Positions 15,920 through 28,128 of a stretch of DNA of 64,000 nt are shown here, piece after piece. This stretch comes from Gallionellaceae bacterium (GTDB lineage Bacteria; Pseudomonadota; Gammaproteobacteria; Burkholderiales; Gallionellaceae): assembly GCA_004297065.1 (NCBI GenBank), contig SCUU01000042.1, forward strand, positions 2,312 to 66,311. Reading direction: 5' to 3'. The position numbers were made by a program, and so were the translations under genes. How positions within the stretch are numbered: the stretch's first letter is position 1; each line of letters begins with the position of its first letter. The notes beneath the pieces were generated by a model. It was given only the letters and a program-made list of their open reading frames with translations. It ran no database searches and was not told the origin of the DNA.

Positions 15920-15935
15920 TGTTTCACGTGAAACA
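15920..15935. promoter_or_regulatory. parS centromere-like ParB-binding site (perfect consensus)
   Basis: TGTTTCACGTGAAACA, a 16/16 match to the parS consensus as I recall it. It is embedded in an 18-bp perfect palindrome (15919-15936) in the mnmG-mnmE intergenic region. Confidence 0.85.
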
Positions 15936-15942
15936 CCCTGGC

Positions 15943-17331
15943 TTATTTTCCTATACAAAAACGACTAAAAATCTCCCCCAGCAAATCGTCGGATGAAAAC
16001 TCGCCGGTAATTTCGCTTAGCGAAACTTGAGCCAGACGAAGTTCCTCGGCAAACAGTTCGGCTTGTGCACTTTCCGCGGCGGCTCGCTGGAGACTTTGTT
16101 TTGCTTGCGCGAGTGCCCGCAAATGACGCTCTCTGGCCATGAAAGCGCCCGCTTCCGCATGCCAATCAATTAGCTGCAAAATTTTGTCGCGCAATAAATC
16201 AATGCCCTCTTCCGTCTTTGCGGATAAATAGATATAGCTATCCCCGCCGCGGGTTTCTAGGTGCGCTTCTTGTTGCAACAAATCGATTTTATTGACCACA
16301 TATAGTCTGGGAATGTTGTCAGGAATTAACTCTAGTATTTTCTGGTGCGCGGCCTTGTCTTCTTGTTGCGCGTCCATCAGCAACAGAACAGCATCGGCTT
16401 TTTGTATGGCCTGTTTGGTGCGCTCCATTCCCATCTGTTCGACAACGTCCTGAGACTCGCGCAAGCCAGCCGTATCAATGATATGCAGGGGTACGCCATG
16501 AATATTAATCGCCTGGCGTATTGTGTCTCGCGTCGTACCCGCAATTTCGCTCACCAGCGCGAGGTCTTCCCCGGATAATCGATTGAGCAGACTGGATTTG
16601 CCTACATTGGGTTGTCCAACCAACACAATATGGGCACCCTCTCGCAATATGTTGCCCTGTTGCGCCAAAACCATAACCCGGGCCAATTCAGCGCGGAGTG
16701 ACTCTAGTTTATTTTTGCCTCGTTCAAAATCTACCGAGTCCAATTCTTCTTCAGGAAAGTCGAGCAATGCTTCAACCAGCATGCGTAAATCGATTAGGCC
16801 ATCCACCAGTTTATGTATGGCTTTGGAAAAATCGCCTTGCAAAGAACGGTTCGCACTGCGAACGGCTTGTGCGCTGCTCGCATCGATCAGATCTGCGACA
16901 CTTTCGGCTTGAACCAGATCCAGCTTGTTATTCAGATAGGCGCGTTGTGTAAACTCACCGGGCTGTGCGGGGCGCGCGCCCGATGCCAGGCAGCGTTGCA
17001 ACAACAAATGCAGGGCAGCAATTCCCCCGTGTCCTTGCAGTTCCAGAACATCTTCTCCTGTGTAGGAGTTTGGGCCCGGGAAAAATATTGCGATGCCTTG
17101 ATCTATGATTGAACCATCAACATCCAGAAATGGCACATAGGTGGCATGCCGCGGAAGCAATGCCTGACCCAACAGAGCAACAGACACTGTTTCAACATTC
17201 CGGCCGGAAATGCGAACCACGCCGATTCCCCCGCGACCGGGGGCTGTGGCAATGGCTGCAATAGTGTCAGGTTTTTGCTGCACCCTTTTGCTCAATCTCT
17301 TGATTGCGCGTGATGTACCACTGTTGCGCAA
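15943..17331 (-). CDS. mnmE: tRNA modification GTPase MnmE (TrmE)
   Basis: [23 protein letters not shown]-terminal domain, G-domain motif [12 protein letters not shown] and the C-terminal CIGK motif. Starting at ATG 17331 overlaps yidC by 65 nt. An in-frame GTG at 17283 is an alternative start. Confidence 0.93.
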   Translation of the reverse strand: MRNSGTSRAIKRLSKRVQQKPDTIAAIATAPGRGGIGVVRISGRNVETVSVALLGQALLPRHATYVPFLDVDGSIIDQGIAIFFPGPNSYTGEDVLELQGHGGIAALHLLLQRCLASGARPAQPGEFTQRAYLNNKLDLVQAESVADLIDASSAQAVRSANRSLQGDFSKAIHKLVDGLIDLRMLVEALLDFPEEELDSVDFERGKNKLESLRAELARVMVLAQQGNILREGAHIVLVGQPNVGKSSLLNRLSGEDLALVSEIAGTTRDTIRQAINIHGVPLHIIDTAGLRESQDVVEQMGMERTKQAIQKADAVLLLMDAQQEDKAAHQKILELIPDNIPRLYVVNKIDLLQQEAHLETRGGDSYIYLSAKTEEGIDLLRDKILQLIDWHAEAGAFMARERHLRALAQAKQSLQRAAAESAQAELFAEELRLAQVSLSEITGEFSSDDLLGEIFSRFCIGK

Positions 17332-18907
17332 TAGAAAGCACGTTATTCACAACAGAGTACAAAACCAGCCCTGCGGGGAAGAAGAAGAACACAACGCTGA
17401 ATATAACCGGCATGAGTTGCATCAGTTTGGCCTGCAGAGGATCCGGTGGTGCAGGGTTCAGTTTGCTTTGGACCAACATGCTGATACCCATGATTGCCGG
17501 CAACACGTAATAAGGATCTGCCGCCGATAAATCTGAAATCCAGCCAAAGAACGGGGCATGGCGTAATTCGACGCTGGATAAAATAGCCCAGTAAAGTGCA
17601 ATAAATACCGGGATTTGAATCAACATAGGCAGACAGCCGCCCAGCGGGTTAATTTTTTCCGTTTTATACAAATCCATCATGGCGCGGTTTAATTTTTCGC
17701 GATCATCGCCATACTGCTGTTTTATTTTCTCCAGCTTTGGGGCGACTACGCGCATTTTTGCCATGGATCGGTAACTGGCGGCCGAAAGCGGAAAAAAAGC
17801 AAGCTTGATCAGGATCGTAAGAATAACGATTGCTATGCCCCAATTTTGTACCCAGCCTTGGATAAAGGTAAGCAGCCAAAAGAGTGGGGTTGCAATTATT
17901 GTCAACCAACCGTAATCAACGGTCAGACCAAATCCGGGCGCTATATCGTCAAGTTTGGCGTTTGCAGGACCAATGTATAAAGGGACGCTGATACCGCCTT
18001 TTTGTCCTGGCGCAATGGTCGCTATAGGCAAAATAGTACCTATGGAAAACTGTTTGTTACCCAATGGCTTGGTGTAATACTCACGCTGCACTTTATCTCT
18101 TGGCAACCACGCTGCTACAAAATAGTGCTGCAATATCGCGACCCAACCATTGTCAGCTGTTTTGGGATAGCTTGTTTTATTTTTCTCGATACTGGAAAAA
18201 TCCACTTTTTGGAATTTCTCTTGATCGGTATAAATTGCCGGGCCTGTATACGTTGGAACCAACTTCGAGTCTCCTGCAGGAACGCCGTCATCGCGCACGA
18301 GCTGGAAATATGCAGACGGAGAAATCGACGTAGTGCCGGTATTTTCTATCTCGTAGCTCACATCTATAAGATAACTGCCGCGATGAAAAGTTAATATCTT
18401 TGATACCGAGTTGCTGGCAAGCAGTTTTACGGACAATGTCTCCGCTCCGTCTGCCAAATGGTATTCATCAGAAGTGGCCGTATATTGCGCATGATGAGTA
18501 GGCAACCCCTCTCCTAATAATCCGGTTTGAGCCACATAGGTGTGGTTTTCATGCTGTTGCAAAAGAACAAACGGCTTACTTTTGTCTATGGCATCCCGGT
18601 GTTGCAATAATTCAGCACGTTGAATATCGCCACCTAGCGTATTAATTTCCACCAAAAGACTGTCGGTTCTCACAACGATCTTTTTTCCTTGCGCACTTGC
18701 TTGCCCGGCAACTATCGTACCGTCTACCGAATGTTGAAAACTCGTCGCCTTTGGGGTTTCTGGGCTGGAATTGGAAGACGTTGCTGCGACCGTTACGGGC
18801 TGCGGCGCTGGATGCTGATAACGCTGCCAGCCGTCCCATAACAAGAGTGCGGAAAACGAAAAAATCAGAAACAGAAAAAATCTTTGGAAATCCATCTTGG
18901 TTTGCAC
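17267..18907 (-). CDS. yidC: membrane protein insertase YidC
   Basis: 546 aa. N-terminal transmembrane helix, large periplasmic domain and a conserved C-terminal five-helix core ([18 protein letters not shown]). Confidence 0.95.
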   Translation of the reverse strand: MQTKMDFQRFFLFLIFSFSALLLWDGWQRYQHPAPQPVTVAATSSNSSPETPKATSFQHSVDGTIVAGQASAQGKKIVVRTDSLLVEINTLGGDIQRAELLQHRDAIDKSKPFVLLQQHENHTYVAQTGLLGEGLPTHHAQYTATSDEYHLADGAETLSVKLLASNSVSKILTFHRGSYLIDVSYEIENTGTTSISPSAYFQLVRDDGVPAGDSKLVPTYTGPAIYTDQEKFQKVDFSSIEKNKTSYPKTADNGWVAILQHYFVAAWLPRDKVQREYYTKPLGNKQFSIGTILPIATIAPGQKGGISVPLYIGPANAKLDDIAPGFGLTVDYGWLTIIATPLFWLLTFIQGWVQNWGIAIVILTILIKLAFFPLSAASYRSMAKMRVVAPKLEKIKQQYGDDREKLNRAMMDLYKTEKINPLGGCLPMLIQIPVFIALYWAILSSVELRHAPFFGWISDLSAADPYYVLPAIMGISMLVQSKLNPAPPDPLQAKLMQLMPVIFSVVFFFFPAGLVLYSVVNNVLSIAQQWYITRNQEIEQKGAAKT

Positions 18908-18924
18908 CTAACACTTAGTTCACG

Positions 18925-19134
18925 TTATGGAACAGGATCGTAACCGCCCGCATTCCATGGGTTACAACGTAACAACCGCCGGAACCCCAGCCATGTCCCT
19001 CGCATCAGACCATGTTTGATAATGGCTTCGCTAGAATAATGAGAACAAGAAGGGGTAAACCGACAAGAGGGGGGGAACAACGGGCTAATCAGATATTGAT
19101 AGCCCTTTATCAGGAACAAGAACAGGCGCGTCAT
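18925..19134 (-). CDS. yidD: membrane protein insertion efficiency factor YidD
   Basis: 69 aa. The motif [22 protein letters not shown] is typical of YidD. It overlaps the rnpA 3' end, as is common. Confidence 0.9.
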   Translation of the reverse strand: MTRLFLFLIKGYQYLISPLFPPSCRFTPSCSHYSSEAIIKHGLMRGTWLGFRRLLRCNPWNAGGYDPVP

Positions 19135-19480
19135 CTTTCGTCATCCGCACTTTCGTTAGCAAGCGAGATAGTGATCGCCTGAATTCCATGGTTTCTTCTT
19201 CGCTTAAACTTCTTCTCAACCTAACAACAAAATCCAGAGAGTTTATTTTGTCCGAAGAACTTTGTCTAAAGACTTCACGAATAATTCGCTTTATCCGATT
19301 TCTGTTTACAGCCTTTGCTACCACCCGTCTGCTAACAATTATTCCTAATCTCTCGGAACCAGATGAATTTATTTCAGAATGGAGCGCAAGCCACTTATCT
19401 GTTAAACCTCTATTTCGTAGTACGCGCCCAAATTCATCTGTCCGGTGTAGCCTTTTGGAAAAAGGAAAATCCTGCGCCAC
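19085..19480 (-). CDS. rnpA: ribonuclease P protein component
   Basis: 131 aa basic protein with the RNR motif region ([13 protein letters not shown]). It follows rpmH. Confidence 0.88.
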   Translation of the reverse strand: MAQDFPFSKRLHRTDEFGRVLRNRGLTDKWLALHSEINSSGSERLGIIVSRRVVAKAVNRNRIKRIIREVFRQSSSDKINSLDFVVRLRRSLSEEETMEFRRSLSRLLTKVRMTKDDAPVLVPDKGLSISD

Positions 19481-19488
19481 CTTACTAC

Positions 19489-19623
19489 CTATACCGCTAA
19501 GCGAGCGCGACCCTTCGCACGACGAGCGGCAATGACTGCGCGACCACCCTTCGTTTTCATGCGAACCAGAAAACCGTGAGTACGCTTTCTCTTTGTTACC
19601 GATGGTTGATATGTACGTTTCAT
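19489..19623 (-). CDS. rpmH: 50S ribosomal protein L34
   Basis: Not in the ORF track (44 aa). My manual translation of the minus strand gives [44 protein letters not shown], with a TAG stop at 19489-19491. Confidence 0.93.
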   Translation of the reverse strand: MKRTYQPSVTKRKRTHGFLVRMKTKGGRAVIAARRAKGRARLAV

Positions 19624-19701
19624 TACTAATCCTTACTTATTCGCGTTGAAAAGCGCGCGATTACAATATGTAACGCGACCTCTGTCAAGTTTATTTTATA
19701 C

Positions 19702-19710
19702 TGTGGATAA
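19702..19710 (-). promoter_or_regulatory. DnaA box (perfect TTATCCACA)
   Basis: The plus strand reads TGTGGATAA, the reverse complement of the TTATCCACA consensus. It lies 55 nt upstream of the dnaA ATG. Confidence 0.7.
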
Positions 19711-19764
19711 CTTTTTGTTGTGGCTGTAGAATGCAAAGGTAAATCTTTTCAGTCCCTAAATTTT

Positions 19765-21111
19765 ATGTCACACCAAAAACTGTGGGACAGCTGTCTTCAG
19801 CATTTTAAAGACCAACTGCCTGCCCAACAATTCAATTCATGGATAAAACCGTTGGTTTTTGAAGTTAAGGGACATCAAATAATACTGATTGCCCCGAATG
19901 GCTTTACGTTAAAAGTCATTCAGGAACGTTTTTTACCTGAAATTGCGAGTCGTGCCCAAGCTTTCTTTTCAGCCCCGGCTCAAATCGAACTACGCGCAGA
20001 AAAGAAAGCCCCTCCTTCCACTTCTACAAAACCAGCTAATCATATAGAAAAGAATCCTTCTTTTTATTCTCCTAAAAAAATACACAAAAATACCGCACGC
20101 CTCAACCCATCCTTGCTGTTTGAAAATTTTGTAACTGGCAAAGCAAATCAGTTAGCGCATGCTGCAGCAATTCAAGTTGCTGATTCCCCTGGAACAATTT
20201 ACAACCCTTTATTTGTTTATGGTGGTGTCGGATTAGGTAAAACTCATTTAATTCAAGCGATTGGAAATCAATTTAAAAAAGAAAATAATCAAGCTAAAAT
20301 TTGCTATGTCCATGCAACAAATTACGTATCGGACGTTGTTCGCGCTTTCCAAACTAAACAATTTGATGAGTTCAAACAATATTACAACTCATTAGATATA
20401 CTATTAATCGACGATATTCAATTTATTGCCGATAAACCCGGAACTCAACAGGAATTCTTTTATACCCTAAATTCATTAATTGATTCCAATAAACAAGTTG
20501 TTATCACCTGTGACACTTTCCCAAAAGAAATTTCCGGGATTGAACCAAGACTGACATCTCGTTTTAGTTGTGGTTTGACCGTCGCTATCGAACCTCCTGG
20601 TTTGGAAATGCGCGTAGCTATTTTGTTGCAAAAAGCCGTTATCTCGGGAAATCCTATTGGGGAAGACGTTGCGTTTTTTGTTGCCAAACATGTTAGATCC
20701 AACATCAGAGAACTGGAAGGCGCTCTAAACAGAATTGAGGCTTTTGCACGTTTTCACAAGCGTCCTATCACTGTTGATTTGGCAAAAGAAGCTTTAAAAG
20801 ACCTTCTTGCCGCACAAAATAAGCAAGTCTCAATAGAAAATATTCAAAAGACAGTTGCTGATTTTTATCGAATAAAAATTATTGATCTTTTATCAAAAAA
20901 ACGCACACGAATCATTGCTCGTCCACGCCAGATTGCAATGTGCCTTGCCCGAGAATTGACACAACTAAGCCTTCCAGAAATTGGCAATGCTTTTGGCGGA
21001 CGAGATCATTCGACTGTTTTACATGCTTGCAAAACGATTGAAAATTTGAGAAATACCGATTCTGCGTTAAATGCTGACTTTAGTTTGCTTAACCAAACGT
21101 TGAGAAACTAG
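19765..21111 (+). CDS. dnaA: chromosomal replication initiator protein DnaA
   Basis: AAA+ Walker A motif GGVGLGKTHL and a C-terminal DNA-binding domain (GGRDHSTVLHA). The start MSHQKLWDSCLQHFK (ATG 19765) is preferred over the upstream ORF opening at 19720. Confidence 0.97.
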   Translation: MSHQKLWDSCLQHFKDQLPAQQFNSWIKPLVFEVKGHQIILIAPNGFTLKVIQERFLPEIASRAQAFFSAPAQIELRAEKKAPPSTSTKPANHIEKNPSFYSPKKIHKNTARLNPSLLFENFVTGKANQLAHAAAIQVADSPGTIYNPLFVYGGVGLGKTHLIQAIGNQFKKENNQAKICYVHATNYVSDVVRAFQTKQFDEFKQYYNSLDILLIDDIQFIADKPGTQQEFFYTLNSLIDSNKQVVITCDTFPKEISGIEPRLTSRFSCGLTVAIEPPGLEMRVAILLQKAVISGNPIGEDVAFFVAKHVRSNIRELEGALNRIEAFARFHKRPITVDLAKEALKDLLAAQNKQVSIENIQKTVADFYRIKIIDLLSKKRTRIIARPRQIAMCLARELTQLSLPEIGNAFGGRDHSTVLHACKTIENLRNTDSALNADFSLLNQTLRN

Positions 21112-21306
21112 CACCTAAACTCATGGAGACTTTGTGCATAACTGGTTAACTACAATAACTCTATAAAATTATGCTCATATTATGCACAGCTCTATACAGT
21201 TACTTACCAACAATCTATAAACGCATTAATTGTTTGTTTTAAATATAAAAAATACTGTTATGCCTAATTTTGACCTTCATTATTATAGATATTAAGGATA
21301 TATAGA
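21112..21306. promoter_or_regulatory. AT-rich dnaA-dnaN intergenic region with DnaA-box-like 9-mers (candidate oriC/DUE segment or dnaN promoter region)
   Basis: TGTGCATAA at 21133-21141 and TTATGCACA at 21180-21188 each differ from the consensus at one position and are in inverted orientation. TTATGCTCA at 21169-21177 has two mismatches. Strongly AT-rich runs are present (ttgtttgttttaaatataaaaaatac, ttattatagatattaaggatatatag). Confidence 0.4.
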
Positions 21307-22410
21307 ATGTTTATTGAAAAGATAGATAGGGATGCTTTACTAAAACCATTGCAAACAGTCGTCGGAATCGTAGAACGCAAACAGCCACTACCGATTTTGT
21401 CAAACGTGTTAATTGAAAAAGACAGTTCAAGCATACGGCTTATAGCAACAGATTTAGAAATTCAAATATCGACGCAGCAACGAATCGAAATAAATGCCGA
21501 ATCCGGAGCAGTAACCGTATCAGCAAAAAAACTTCAGGAAATACTTCGCGTACTACCGGAAGAAAGCAAAGTATCCTTGGATATTCAAGAAAACAAATTG
21601 ACAATTAAAGCCAATAAGAGTCGATTCAGTTTGCAAACTTTGCCAGCGCAAGATTTCCCAGTTGTGGCGAATCAACTGGAGAACGCGTCCAAAATAAACC
21701 TCAAGCAAGGTTTGTTAAAGAAACTTCTAGGACTAGTTCAATATGCGATGGCACAGCAAGATATACGCTATTACCTGAACGGTGTTTTGCTGGTTATTGA
21801 AGGACAGCAAATCCGTTTGATTGCAACTGATGGACATCGTTTGGCTTTTGTTAGTTCAAGACTTGAAAACGAGCATGCTAAACATGAAGTAATCCTTTCC
21901 AGGAAAACCGTGAATGAGCTATCCAAATTATTATCAGATTCGGAAGAACTCATCACTTTGGAATTGGCGGAAAAACAAGTACGCATTTCTTTTGCGGATA
22001 TTGTGCTTACATCAAAAGTTATCGATGGAAAATTCCCTGATTACGAGCGCGTAATTCCAAATTACACGAATCATTTGCCGTTGGATCGTATAACCATACT
22101 GCAAGCACTACAACGTGCAGCTATTCTGTCGAATGAGAAATTCCGGGGGGTGCGTTTTGTACTGACGGAAAAGAATCTAAGAGTTATCAGTAGCAATAGT
22201 GAGCAAGAAGAAGCGCAGGAAGATATTGAAAACGATTATCACGGCCCTGCTCTTGATATCGGATTTAACGTGAATTATCTACTGGATGGGCTTAACAATA
22301 CTCCAGCGCAGACGGTCACTTTTTCATTCGGTGATCCTAACAGTAGCATATTGATTACAGTCCCAGGTGAAGACGAGTTCAAATATGTCGTTATGCCGAT
22401 GCGTATTTAA
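21307..22410 (+). CDS. dnaN: DNA polymerase III subunit beta (sliding clamp)
   Basis: 367 aa. MFIEKIDRDALLKPLQTVVGIVERKQPLPILSNVLIE is the canonical clamp N-terminus. The C-terminus is ...YVVMPMRI. Confidence 0.97.
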   Translation: MFIEKIDRDALLKPLQTVVGIVERKQPLPILSNVLIEKDSSSIRLIATDLEIQISTQQRIEINAESGAVTVSAKKLQEILRVLPEESKVSLDIQENKLTIKANKSRFSLQTLPAQDFPVVANQLENASKINLKQGLLKKLLGLVQYAMAQQDIRYYLNGVLLVIEGQQIRLIATDGHRLAFVSSRLENEHAKHEVILSRKTVNELSKLLSDSEELITLELAEKQVRISFADIVLTSKVIDGKFPDYERVIPNYTNHLPLDRITILQALQRAAILSNEKFRGVRFVLTEKNLRVISSNSEQEEAQEDIENDYHGPALDIGFNVNYLLDGLNNTPAQTVTFSFGDPNSSILITVPGEDEFKYVVMPMRI

Positions 22411-22412
22411 AC

Positions 22413-24875
<2,463 letters not shown>

Positions 24876-24907
24876 TAAAAGATAGTTTTCTTCAGCTAGC
24901 GATATAC

Positions 24908-24937
24908 CCGGCTTCGAAAGATGCCGGTTTTCTTTTT
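24908..24937 (+). terminator. probable rho-independent terminator after gyrB
   Basis: The stems ccggc (24908-12) and gccgg (24923-27) pair and are followed by ttttcttttt. Confidence 0.6.
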
Positions 24938-25066
24938 GTTATAAAATAAAATTTTTGATGCCCTATTCCGCTAAGCCAATAATCACGGGGCTTATAGAGC
25001 AAATCATTTAGAAACGGCACTATAAACGACGGTCGATGGCCGAGTAAAAAGTGCCTATGTAGACCA

Positions 25067-27628
25067 CTATGCTTTGCTTTTTTTTGGCTTTTTAGTTGCG
25101 GGCTTTTTTGCAGTAGTTTTCTTCGCCGTTGTTTTAGGTTTGGTGACCAATTTTTTCGCAGCGGGTTTCTTTGCCGTTTTGGCCTTGCCAGTTCCGCCCT
25201 TCGCCGCCTTGGCGGCGATCAGTTCCAGTGCCTGTTCCAGCGTGACGTCGTCCGGCGAGATGTCCTTGGGCAGCGTGGCGTTGACCTTGCCGTGGCGCGC
25301 GTATGGGCCGTAGCGGCCGCTGCAAATCTCTACTGGCGCTTTGTCGTCGGGGTGTTCGCCCAGCGTGCGCAGCACGGCGTTGCCCGCCTTGGCCTGAGCC
25401 AGCAACTCTACTGCCCGCTCCAGTCCGATGTCGAAAATGCTGTCGGTGCGCGGGATGGATTTGAATTTGCCATCGTGACCGATGTACGGGCCGAAGCGAC
25501 CGATGTTGACGATCACTTTTTTCGCTGTTTCGGGATGCGCGCCGAGTTCGCGCGGCAGCGACAATAGTTTCAGTGCAGTGCCGAGATCGGCCTGTTCCAG
25601 CGGCAGTTCTTTCGGCCAAGATACACGCTTGGGTTTGGCTTTTTCGCCTTCGACGACTTCGCCGAGCTGCACATAGTAACCGTATGGGCCGCGCAACAGC
25701 AGCACGGTTTGCGTGCTCTCTGGATGCGCGCCCAATTCCTTGCGCGCCTCGCCCGCATCTTCTTCGCCATCGAGATTGCGCGTGTAGTCACACTCGGGGT
25801 AGCCGGTGCAGCCGATGAAGCTGCCGCGCTTGCCGAGCCGCTTGGATAAAGGCTTGCCGCATTTCGGGCAGGCTTCTTCCAGTATCTCGGTGCCGGGACG
25901 GTCAACATCTTTTTTATCGCCGATGAGCTTATTGAAGCCCTTCCAGAAAGCGTCCAGCACCGGTATCCAGTCGCGCTTGCCTTCGGAAATTTCATCCAGC
26001 TCGTCTTCGAGGTTGGCGGTGAACCCGTAATCGACATAGCGCGTAAAGTGTTCGGTGAGGAACTTGATGACCACGCGCCCCACATCGGTGGGCATGAAAC
26101 GTTTCTTGTCCAGCGTGGCGTATTCGCGCGCTTGCAGCGTGGAGATGATGGTGGCGTAAGTAGAGGGACGACCGATGCCGTATTCTTCCAGCGACTTCAC
26201 CAGACTGGCTTCGGAGTAGCGCGGCGGCGGCTGGGTGAAATGCTGCTCGCCGTAGAGCTTGTCTACCGGCAGCACATCGCCCTCTACCAGTGGCGGTAAC
26301 TTGGCACTGTCTTCTTCTTCGGCGTCGTCCACGTCTTCCATGTACACGCCGATGAAGCCGGGGAACACCAGTGTCTGGCCGCTGGCGCGGAACAGCGTGT
26401 CGTCGCTGGAAAGGCGGATGTCCACACTCACGGTGTCGAAGCGCGCGGGCGACATCTGCGATGCCAGTGTGCGCTTCCAGATCATTTCGTACAGGCGCAT
26501 CTGGTCGATGTTGAGGTGATCGCGCACGCTGTCCGGCGTGCGCAGAATGGAAGTCGGGCGGATCGCTTCGTGCGCTTCCTGCGCATTCTTGGATTTGCTC
26601 TTGTAGGTCGGTTGCTTGCTGGGCAGATAATCGCCCGCGAAGTTGTCGCCGATGTAGCCGCGAATTTCCGCTACGGCTTCGTTCGCTAGATTCAGCGAGT
26701 CGGTACGCATGTAGGTAATCAAACCGATGGTCTGGCCGCCGATGTCCACACCTTCATACAGCGATTGCGCGGTGCGCATGGTGCGCTCCGAAGTCATGCC
26801 CAGTTTGCGCACGGCTTCCTGTTGCAGCGTGGAGGTGGTGAACGGCGCGGCGGGACTGCGTTGTTTGCTTTTCTTCTCGACGCGCACCACCTTGGGCGGC
26901 AGCTTGGCATCGTTTAGTTTTGCGTGAATGGCGTCGTATTCGGCTTGGCTAGCGATGCTGAGCTGTTCCAGCTTTTTGCCCTGAAACTGGAACAGTTTGG
27001 CGCTGAACGGGATGCTGTTTTTCTGGCTATCCAGATGTACCGACCAGTATTCCTGACTGTTGAATTTTTCGATTTCCAGCTCGCGCTCGACGATGAGGCG
27101 CAAGGCGGGACTTTGCACGCGGCCGGCGGACAAACCGGGGCGGATCTTGCGCCACAGCAGCGGCGAGAGATTAAAGCCGACCAGATAGTCCAAGGCACGG
27201 CGCGCTTGCTGGGCGTTCACCAGCGGCATGGCAATTTCGCGCGGGTGGGCGACCGCTTCTTGTATGGCGCTCTGGGTGATCTCGTAGAACACCACGCGCT
27301 GCATCTTCTTGCCTTTGAGTGCGCGCTTACCTTTCAACAGCTCGGAAATATGCCAAGCGATAGCCTCCCCTTCCCTATCCGGGTCGGGTGCCAGCAGGAT
27401 GTTGTCGGCATCCGCTGCGGCTTTGGCGATGGCGTCCACATGCTTGCTGTTGCGCGCGATGGTCTCGTAGTTCATCGCGTAGTTGTTTTCGGTATCCACC
27501 GCGCCGTTTTTCGGCACCAGGTCGCGCACATGACCGTAGGAGGCAAGCACTTCGAAGTCCTTGCCGAGATATTTTTTGAGAGTTTTGGCTTTGGCGGGAG
27601 ATTCGACGATTAAAAGATTTTTTGCCAT
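25067..27628 (-). CDS. topA: DNA topoisomerase I, with a Lys/Ala/Pro-rich C-terminal tail
   Basis: 853 aa. Toprim N-terminus (MAKNLLIVESPAKAKT), a catalytic Tyr region (GLITYMRTDS) and C-terminal Cys4 zinc ribbons (CPKCGK...CTGYPEC). The final ~49 aa are a KAKTAKKPAAKK-type tail. Confidence 0.97.
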   Translation of the reverse strand: MAKNLLIVESPAKAKTLKKYLGKDFEVLASYGHVRDLVPKNGAVDTENNYAMNYETIARNSKHVDAIAKAAADADNILLAPDPDREGEAIAWHISELLKGKRALKGKKMQRVVFYEITQSAIQEAVAHPREIAMPLVNAQQARRALDYLVGFNLSPLLWRKIRPGLSAGRVQSPALRLIVERELEIEKFNSQEYWSVHLDSQKNSIPFSAKLFQFQGKKLEQLSIASQAEYDAIHAKLNDAKLPPKVVRVEKKSKQRSPAAPFTTSTLQQEAVRKLGMTSERTMRTAQSLYEGVDIGGQTIGLITYMRTDSLNLANEAVAEIRGYIGDNFAGDYLPSKQPTYKSKSKNAQEAHEAIRPTSILRTPDSVRDHLNIDQMRLYEMIWKRTLASQMSPARFDTVSVDIRLSSDDTLFRASGQTLVFPGFIGVYMEDVDDAEEEDSAKLPPLVEGDVLPVDKLYGEQHFTQPPPRYSEASLVKSLEEYGIGRPSTYATIISTLQAREYATLDKKRFMPTDVGRVVIKFLTEHFTRYVDYGFTANLEDELDEISEGKRDWIPVLDAFWKGFNKLIGDKKDVDRPGTEILEEACPKCGKPLSKRLGKRGSFIGCTGYPECDYTRNLDGEEDAGEARKELGAHPESTQTVLLLRGPYGYYVQLGEVVEGEKAKPKRVSWPKELPLEQADLGTALKLLSLPRELGAHPETAKKVIVNIGRFGPYIGHDGKFKSIPRTDSIFDIGLERAVELLAQAKAGNAVLRTLGEHPDDKAPVEICSGRYGPYARHGKVNATLPKDISPDDVTLEQALELIAAKAAKGGTGKAKTAKKPAAKKLVTKPKTTAKKTTAKKPATKKPKKSKA

Positions 27629-27653
27629 GCTGGACTAAATGCCCTGGTAGTTT

Positions 27654-28109
27654 TCAGTGTAGTTGTGCGGAGTCGGATGGAGTAAGCAAGTCTTCGATAA
27701 TCATGGGATCCAGATCTTCATGCTGGTTCCATAACACCATCAGCGCGATCAGTTTAATTTTGTCCAAGGACAAATTTTCGCGTCCCAACGCCACGGCGCG
27801 GTCAATAATCATTTCGCGTTCTACTGGCGAGATCATCTTGCTCTGTTCCCAAAACGCAATAAAACGCAAACCATCTATGCTGATACGTTGCCGCTCCAAG
27901 TCCGCAAAACAACGCAAACCGCTTTGATTGATGCCGACCGGATAGTCGGTTAGCGACAGTTGCCGCAGGCCGGAGAGCCAAGCTACCGCTTGCGTTATAT
28001 CTTCTTCCTCGAAACCCGCCGCGCTTAGTTTAACGGCAAGTTTTTCTGCGTCGGGATAACTGCCCGCATCGAAATAACTTTCAAACAAATACATAAGGAT
28101 GTCGAACAT
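27654..28109 (-). CDS. smg: Smg (DUF494) protein
   Basis: MFDILMYLFESYFD is the typical Smg N-terminus. The conserved dprA-smg-topA gene order supports the call. Confidence 0.85.
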   Translation of the reverse strand: MFDILMYLFESYFDAGSYPDAEKLAVKLSAAGFEEEDITQAVAWLSGLRQLSLTDYPVGINQSGLRCFADLERQRISIDGLRFIAFWEQSKMISPVEREMIIDRAVALGRENLSLDKIKLIALMVLWNQHEDLDPMIIEDLLTPSDSAQLH

Positions 28110-28128
28110 ATGGCCTTAATTATCTAAT

